From positions 70,616-134,615 of IMG/VR virus record IMGVR_UViG_3300034158_000007: a stretch of 64,000 nt of DNA; one strand, 5' to 3'. Shown piece after piece: positions 58,480 through 64,000 of this stretch. The stretch is from a virus. How positions within the stretch are numbered: position 1 is the stretch's first letter; each line of letters opens with the position of its first letter. The translations under genes were made by a program, and so were the position numbers. Under the pieces are notes generated by a model. The model was not told the DNA's origin. It searched no databases and worked only from the letters and a program-made list of their open reading frames with translations.

Positions 58480-58539
58480 AGGTCACCTAATTAATACTTG
58501 GATGGCTGTATCTATAGGATTAATTAAAAGGTCAGCCCA

Positions 58540-61047
58540 ATGCAGATTAAATACCTTCGCCTTAAACGCTTTCGTCGTTTGATGCGATCCAATATTCAAG
58601 AGTTTGAGTGGACCCCAACTAAGCAACTGATGATCATGATCGGTTCGAATGGTTCAGGTAAGTCTTCCATTATGGAAGAACTGTCACCACTGCCAACTCC
58701 GTCTAAAGCTGCTCGCGGCGCAGACAACTTTTCACCGGGTGGCCAGAAAGAATTTCACTGCTACCATAACGGTAGTCTTTATGTTCTGTTGTCCGAATAC
58801 GGTCACGGTACAGGTAAGCATTCATTTATCCGTGATGACGAAGAACTCAACTCTGGTGGCACCTTTAAGATTCAAGAAGACCTGTGTCTTCAAGAGTTCG
58901 GTCTGACCCGTGAGTTCCATGAGATCTGTACCGGGCGAATGAAGTTCACCCAGATGACCACAGCTAAGCGTCGTGAGATTCTGACTAAGATGTCTGTGGT
59001 CGATCTATCACATGCCTTCCATGTGTTCAACATCCTTAAGACTGAATCCCGGTCACAAAAGGGTACAGTCGATACGATCACTAAGCGTCTCGTTAACGAG
59101 AACCATGACATCCCGTCTGATAACGAATTGGGTATCATGAAGCGTGAGAACAACCAACTGTCCGAAAGACTGAACGGTTTGTTCTTGGCTCGACAAGCTA
59201 ACCAACAGCCTGGCTTCCGTGATGAGGTTGAGGCTAGTAGTATATTGGCGGGTCTAGTTGAACGTGCTAAGGCTGTGCTCCACAGTTACCCAACACTCCC
59301 TGAACGTCTCAAGGCTCGTGATGAAGCTGGGTTCATGGAAGAGAAGCGTGTAGTGCAAGAGCAGTGCGCTGCAATTCAAGCTGTGATTAACCGCATGGCT
59401 GAAGAACTGGAATCCCTCCGTGGTGCTAACGTAGCTGACATGGAAGTATCCCCAGAACAACTGACCAATCTAGAGAGCGAGATTACAGAAACGAATGCTT
59501 TAGTGGATCGTCTGTTTAAAGACCTTGAAGCTAACCCTATTAAGTTTCCACTCGTCAACCTAGATTTGTCAAACAACCCAGATCAACGTTTGTCCAGTAT
59601 GTTCCAACGTTGGTATGAAATCACTAACGCCTTCCCGGATAACTCCGAGGGATACTTTTCTAATGCAAAGATTGAATCGGTACGCGAGAGCTTGTCTGTT
59701 TTATTGGGTCGTCGTCGGGAACTTGATCGTGCAGAACAGACGGCAGCGCAAAGGCTTTCTCGCTTAAAAGCGTGTGACACTGTAGTCTGTCCTAAATGCG
59801 AACATGACTTTAAACCGGGGGTTGATGAAACCGAAGGTGAGAAGCTTGAGACCTACCTTGCTCAAGTTCGTGAAGCTATGGGTGAAACAGATCTATTGAT
59901 CCGTCGGGAAGAGGAATACATCGAGGCTGCTAAGGAGTACCGTGGACACGTCCATGCCTTTACGCAGATGACACGTGAGTACTCAGACTTCACCCCGATA
60001 TGGGATTACGTTACAGAGCATCAGTTGATGTTCCGTACGCCGTCTGCGATCAAGATGGATCTGACTCACTGGTTTGCTAAGATGAAACAGTACGTCCTGT
60101 TACATCAATACCAAGCTGATGCAGAACGTTTGGTTAAGCGTCTGGCTAACCTGAACGAGATTGACCGTGATGCTGTAGCCTACAACCGTAACCGTTGTTC
60201 GCTGCTGGAGCATGAAGTTCAGGCTAAGTACTATGAACAAACCACGATGACTGAGTACCTACAGCAGATCACCCGTGGAGAGGTCGACATCCGCCGTCAG
60301 AACAACGAAATCAACTCAATCATCCAAGGGTACCAATCATGGCGTGAACGCGCTATGAAGCACACAGAGTGGCTCCTAGACAAAGCCTATGAAGCTGAGA
60401 TCAATGACATTCAAGTGAAGTTGGCTCAGGGTACACATTCGTTGGCAGTGTTGACTCAACGTGAAATGACGTTGCGTGTATTGGAAGGTGAGGTTGAGAA
60501 TGCTCGTGAAGTACAAGGTGACTTGAACCTACTCATTAAAGCACTGTCTCCTAACGGTGGTTTGCTCGGTAAGTACTTGATGGGTTTCATGCAGGGTGTA
60601 ACCACTCTCGTGAATGCGTACATCTCTGAGATCTGGACTTACAAGATGGAAGTATTGCCATCTAAGGTTGAGAAGGATGAGTTGGACTATAACTTCCCAT
60701 TGAGTATTTCTGATGGTGCGGTGGTAGCTCCTGATATCTCACGCGGTAGTGACTCACAGTTGGAGATGGTAGACTTTAGTTTCATGCAAGCAATGCGTAA
60801 GTTCCTTCACTTGGATCACATGCCTTTGTTCTTGGATGAATTCGGTCGTACGTTTGACGAACAGCATCGGGATAACCTGATTCCTTTCATCATGCGTCTA
60901 ATCGAGAACGGGGTTCACCAGCAAATCTTTTACATCAGTCACTACGTCTCTACCCACGGTGCTTTCAACCAAGCAGAGTTCATGGTGCTTGATCCAACTA
61001 ACGTGACAGTACCTGAACACTTTAATAAGAACGTTCAGATCAAGTGA
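58540..61047 (+). CDS. sbcC: SbcC/Rad50-like SMC ATPase (gp165-like)
   Basis: Walker A GSNGSGKS, coiled coils, zinc hook CPKC, signature ISRGSDSQ, Walker B LFLDE, H-loop ISH. Confidence 0.92.
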   Translation: MQIKYLRLKRFRRLMRSNIQEFEWTPTKQLMIMIGSNGSGKSSIMEELSPLPTPSKAARGADNFSPGGQKEFHCYHNGSLYVLLSEYGHGTGKHSFIRDDEELNSGGTFKIQEDLCLQEFGLTREFHEICTGRMKFTQMTTAKRREILTKMSVVDLSHAFHVFNILKTESRSQKGTVDTITKRLVNENHDIPSDNELGIMKRENNQLSERLNGLFLARQANQQPGFRDEVEASSILAGLVERAKAVLHSYPTLPERLKARDEAGFMEEKRVVQEQCAAIQAVINRMAEELESLRGANVADMEVSPEQLTNLESEITETNALVDRLFKDLEANPIKFPLVNLDLSNNPDQRLSSMFQRWYEITNAFPDNSEGYFSNAKIESVRESLSVLLGRRRELDRAEQTAAQRLSRLKACDTVVCPKCEHDFKPGVDETEGEKLETYLAQVREAMGETDLLIRREEEYIEAAKEYRGHVHAFTQMTREYSDFTPIWDYVTEHQLMFRTPSAIKMDLTHWFAKMKQYVLLHQYQADAERLVKRLANLNEIDRDAVAYNRNRCSLLEHEVQAKYYEQTTMTEYLQQITRGEVDIRRQNNEINSIIQGYQSWRERAMKHTEWLLDKAYEAEINDIQVKLAQGTHSLAVLTQREMTLRVLEGEVENAREVQGDLNLLIKALSPNGGLLGKYLMGFMQGVTTLVNAYISEIWTYKMEVLPSKVEKDELDYNFPLSISDGAVVAPDISRGSDSQLEMVDFSFMQAMRKFLHLDHMPLFLDEFGRTFDEQHRDNLIPFIMRLIENGVHQQIFYISHYVSTHGAFNQAEFMVLDPTNVTVPEHFNKNVQIK

Positions 61048-61248
61048 GTGCCTATGGAACAACTGATGCAATACTGGATCGCTACTGAATCAAGTACGAT
61101 CCTTTTAGGGTTGATGTGCTTAGTGTGGTTTGGTTTCATCATGTGGCTTTGCATACGTGATGTTAAGCGATTTACTAAACCTCCTGTGACTGCACCTAAG
61201 ACGCGGGTACTCCCACTTCGCGTCATTGACAACCCGATGATCCAATAA
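61048..61248 (+). CDS. Small membrane protein
   Basis: TM ILLGLMCLVWFGFIMWLCI; abuts the sbcC stop. Confidence 0.6.
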   Translation: MPMEQLMQYWIATESSTILLGLMCLVWFGFIMWLCIRDVKRFTKPPVTAPKTRVLPLRVIDNPMIQ

Positions 61249-61278
61249 CGCTGTAATCGAACCACAGAGCGTCACAAA

Positions 61279-61309
61279 CATACTGCCAGCCCTTGAGGCT
61301 GGCTTTATG
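61279..61309. repeat. Family palindrome; left member of an inverted pair
   Basis: CATACTGCCAGCC-CTTGA-GGCTGGCTTTATG; its reverse complement nearly equals 62189-62218. Confidence 0.8.
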
Positions 61310-61327
61310 CAGTTAACAGATTTTATT

Positions 61328-61343
61328 TCAAGTTTATATCATG
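61328..61343 (+). promoter_or_regulatory. Putative early/middle promoter TCAAGTTTATATCATG (copy 2)
   Basis: Exact match to 11291-11306. Confidence 0.55.
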
Positions 61344-61370
61344 ACTTGGAATAACCGCTGTAAGGGCAAC

Positions 61371-61817
61371 ATGATGTACGTTAAACTTCAATGTATAATG
61401 CCACATCTAAAAGTAACCAACGTGCTTTCTCTGGTAACCGTAGAGGCTAACTTAAAACAGATCGTTACGTTGGGGTTGGTGAGTAGGTTGGGGATGGCTG
61501 TGCACTTCCGTAAGTGCCTTGTGTCGGATGGTTTCGTTATGTTCACTATTAACGAGTTCGGTCTATATGTAGCTGTCCCTGTATCGGTCGAGGTACTGGC
61601 CAATGTCTGGATGAAGGAAACTAAATATCACGAATTCATCGGTAACCCGATGACGATCGACTTTGGTAAAGTAGATCACGTTGCGTACGTTAAGAAAGAT
61701 CCTGATGAAAAGCCAACTGAGGAAATTAATAAGGCCGCTGTGGCTACAGCTTGTGCAATCCTGTTACTCGTGGGGGGATTAGCTTCTTACAAGGTTTACA
61801 GTACCTGCTCTAAATAA
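61371..61817 (+). CDS. Hypothetical protein with a C-terminal TM; start refined
   Basis: RBS AAGGG before ATG 61371; TM AVATACAILLLVGGLASY. Confidence 0.65.
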   Translation: MMYVKLQCIMPHLKVTNVLSLVTVEANLKQIVTLGLVSRLGMAVHFRKCLVSDGFVMFTINEFGLYVAVPVSVEVLANVWMKETKYHEFIGNPMTIDFGKVDHVAYVKKDPDEKPTEEINKAAVATACAILLLVGGLASYKVYSTCSK

Positions 61818-61912
61818 TACTGCGTTAGTCTATGTCTATGATAGGGGGAATTCAAATTGAGTTCTTTATTCCAATTCCTATCAAGGAATAGACTAACATA
61901 AGGCTAACTCAC

Positions 61913-62188
61913 ATGACACAACCAAACTGGTTACAACGTACTAAGAGAGATTACATTGACCCAATAGTCGACACTGTCTCAGATAACTTACCTATCATCA
62001 TAGCAACCGTATCCACTACGGTAGCTGTAGTGTTAGCAGTCAAAGCATCTAATGATGCAGAACATACCAAAGAGGTACTATCGTCAATCGAAGAGAAAAT
62101 CAGTACAGCGATGGAAGTACCCTCCATTGTTAAAGTAGAGATAGGTGATGACTTCGAACTGTATGGCCGTGGTAATCGTACTGACTGA
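61913..62188 (+). CDS. Small membrane protein
   Basis: TM LPIIIATVSTTVAVVLAV followed by a coiled coil; RBS AAGG. Confidence 0.65.
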   Translation: MTQPNWLQRTKRDYIDPIVDTVSDNLPIIIATVSTTVAVVLAVKASNDAEHTKEVLSSIEEKISTAMEVPSIVKVEIGDDFELYGRGNRTD

Positions 62189-62218
62189 CATAAAGCCAGC
62201 CTCAAGGGCTGGCCTATG
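62189..62218. repeat. Family palindrome; right member of the inverted pair
   Basis: CATAAAGCCAGCC-TCAAG-GGCTGGCCTATG between convergent genes. Confidence 0.8.
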
Positions 62219-62222
62219 TTCG

Positions 62223-62750
62223 TTACTTAGGTACCGGGTTAATATGTAACCCCATAGCCTCTTCACGTCGTGCCATCTCTTCACGGTTAACGATGTCCAT
62301 ACGTTCGTTGAACTTATCAGCTGTTTCAGAGATCAAACCTTGCTCACCCTCACCAGCAGCATGCTGCCCTGTGAAGTCTGGCATCTCACCAATGTCTTGG
62401 TTGTTGTTGGAGTTAGGGTTCGATGTAGCGAACATGTTAGCGTTACCGCCCTTGGATACCATCTCAGCAATACCCGTGAGAATACTGAGTGCACCGTTAC
62501 CTTGCTTCTCATCCACGTTAACACGCTTCTTAGCAATAGTAGACTTGTCCATTGAGTCGGCTACTTTAAGCATCAGTTCAACGGAATCCTTGTCTGTAGG
62601 CATGGACCCGTCAGCGTTGGCGTTAACCAATTTGTGAAGGATGCGATTCTTCAGTTTCTGCGTATGCTTTAACTGTGCATCGAAATCCAGTTCCTCGTAA
62701 GCAACATCGGGAACCTCTGGGTCAATGAATACTACTTGGGAGTTTTCCAT
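62223..62750 (-). CDS. Conserved hypothetical protein (175 aa)
   Basis: Clean ORF with RBS-like AGG. Confidence 0.75.
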   Translation of the reverse strand: MENSQVVFIDPEVPDVAYEELDFDAQLKHTQKLKNRILHKLVNANADGSMPTDKDSVELMLKVADSMDKSTIAKKRVNVDEKQGNGALSILTGIAEMVSKGGNANMFATSNPNSNNNQDIGEMPDFTGQHAAGEGEQGLISETADKFNERMDIVNREEMARREEAMGLHINPVPK

Positions 62751-62807
62751 AAAATACCTGACTGAATAAAGTTATGTCCAATGACAAAATGAATAGGGGT
62801 CTATAGA

Positions 62808-63347
62808 ATGATTGATAAATTGGTGAGTTTACTGGACCGTTGGCTTAAGACCACACCCAAACAAACTTACAAAAAGCTACTGGAACAATTCGACTCACCT
62901 GAGGCTGGCATCGGTAACCTACCTGAGATGTTGGTAGAGTTCTGGAACCGAGTCAACGTGGGACACTTCATTGAAGGTCCTGACGTACGGCAACTGATGT
63001 ACATCAACCTGGAATGTCGACATAGTTCTATTACTGAGCTGACATCGATCATTACCTACGTGACGAACGCATTGATCCATGATGACGAAGCTGTCGTTAT
63101 GGGCGTGTCGCAAGATCTGTTTATCGTCAATAACCCCACCACGTTGGATGACTACCTGATCACTCAAGGCCATACATCAATGTCGTTCCATGACGGTGTT
63201 AATGCTTTGAAAACAGCCGTACTCTATCACAACCGCTATCTGGAGAATGCCCCTACCACTTACCACTGTCGTGTACTCAACAGGATGTACAATGATATCC
63301 TGACGGTTACACGTACTCTAATCGACAACATGAAAGAGGCCAAGTAG
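62808..63347 (+). CDS. Hypothetical protein (179 aa)
   Basis: RBS AGGGG; TATG at 62773. Confidence 0.75.
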   Translation: MIDKLVSLLDRWLKTTPKQTYKKLLEQFDSPEAGIGNLPEMLVEFWNRVNVGHFIEGPDVRQLMYINLECRHSSITELTSIITYVTNALIHDDEAVVMGVSQDLFIVNNPTTLDDYLITQGHTSMSFHDGVNALKTAVLYHNRYLENAPTTYHCRVLNRMYNDILTVTRTLIDNMKEAK

Positions 63348-63405
63348 TTGATTATTGGTTAACTAACCGCCACTTCCCGTAACAACCACCGTAGGTGTAT
63401 AGCTA

Positions 63406-64000
63406 ATGGATTCTGTTAAAGATTTGCTTGCTGATCCGCTCAAGGGTAAGAAACACGCCCAGGGTATTTTGTGTTATTTGTTTCGTGAAGTTCTGTTATG
63501 GCGTAAGGTGAATTACTTCACTTGGTCTCGACTACTCACGATGTACTTTGAGAAACCGCATAACTCGGTTAAGCCGGATAAGGGAAACCTTAATAAGGCA
63601 CTCATCGCAGATGACATGAATTGGTCTGCCTTCAACAAGGGTACCGACTTTCTCAATCCAGCCCGTGCATACTTGGACATCAAGTTGCATTGGAAGGAAG
63701 GAACTGAAAGTACGTATCGAATTAACATCGATCCTACTGATGATGAAGCCAACCCAGCCAAAAATGAATTCAACTGGAAAAACTGTGAACTGTTTAATGG
63801 GACGAAGCCGCCCGCGCTTTTGATGGGTCATCTACTCCGTCACATCGTCGCGACTGAAGGATCGCAACAACCCGATATCAATGTCTGGTGGGAAAAACTC
63901 TTCGATGATTACATGAAGAATCCGGCCAACGTTGTAGGCTTGAATCAAAATGAAATCAACAAGCACGTACAACAACTCCGTCGAACCTTGGTTGATCCAC
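63406..64000 (+). CDS. Conserved jumbo-phage protein (gp171 position), 3'-truncated by the window edge
   Basis: My translation: MDSVKDLLADPLKGKKHAQGILCYLFREVLL..., open to the window end; RBS AGGT. Not in the ORF track. Confidence 0.7.
   Translation, partial: MDSVKDLLADPLKGKKHAQGILCYLFREVLLWRKVNYFTWSRLLTMYFEKPHNSVKPDKGNLNKALIADDMNWSAFNKGTDFLNPARAYLDIKLHWKEGTESTYRINIDPTDDEANPAKNEFNWKNCELFNGTKPPALLMGHLLRHIVATEGSQQPDINVWWEKLFDDYMKNPANVVGLNQNEINKHVQQLRRTLVDP

Noticed and set aside
1-64000. tRNA, rRNA, introns and inteins
   Set aside because: No cloverleaf or T-loop outside coding sequence. Helicase, RNAP subunits, UvsX and SbcC look uninterrupted, with no LAGLIDADG/HNH or intein-terminal motifs seen by eye; tRNAscan-SE and Infernal were not run.

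Overview
The whole window is a gene-dense segment of a phiKZ-like (Chimalliviridae-type) jumbo myophage genome, about 48% GC by eye, with a probable Pseudomonas-type host (inference from gene content). Gene order follows my recollection of phiKZ gp118-gp171: DnaB-like helicase, major capsid protein (MCP), non-virion RNAP beta N-terminal subunit, portal, tail-tip/fibre cluster, RuvC, spanins, endolysin, a 1547-aa repeat/collagen fibre, virion RNAP beta C-terminal subunit, UvsX, RNase H, inner-head proteins, PAAR, central spike and SbcC. The gp numbers come from synteny and remembered family features, not from a search. I saw no tRNA, rRNA, CRISPR array, intron or intein. The most interesting signal is a 28-codon in-frame extension behind the MCP UGA stop; it carries the same R-Y-x-E-[DN]-G...R...G..R.LE peptide as the C-terminus of the gp143-like protein, suggesting readthrough that displays a fibre-docking peptide on the capsid. 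Other leads: an active plus degenerate 2OG-Fe(II) oxygenase pair inside the tail-fibre operon, a family of about 15 CATA...TATG-bounded palindromes (one exact 45-bp duplicate, one inverted pair bracketing a membrane-protein cassette), an apparent +1 frame switch in the gene after MCP, and head proteins carrying transmembrane-like segments.
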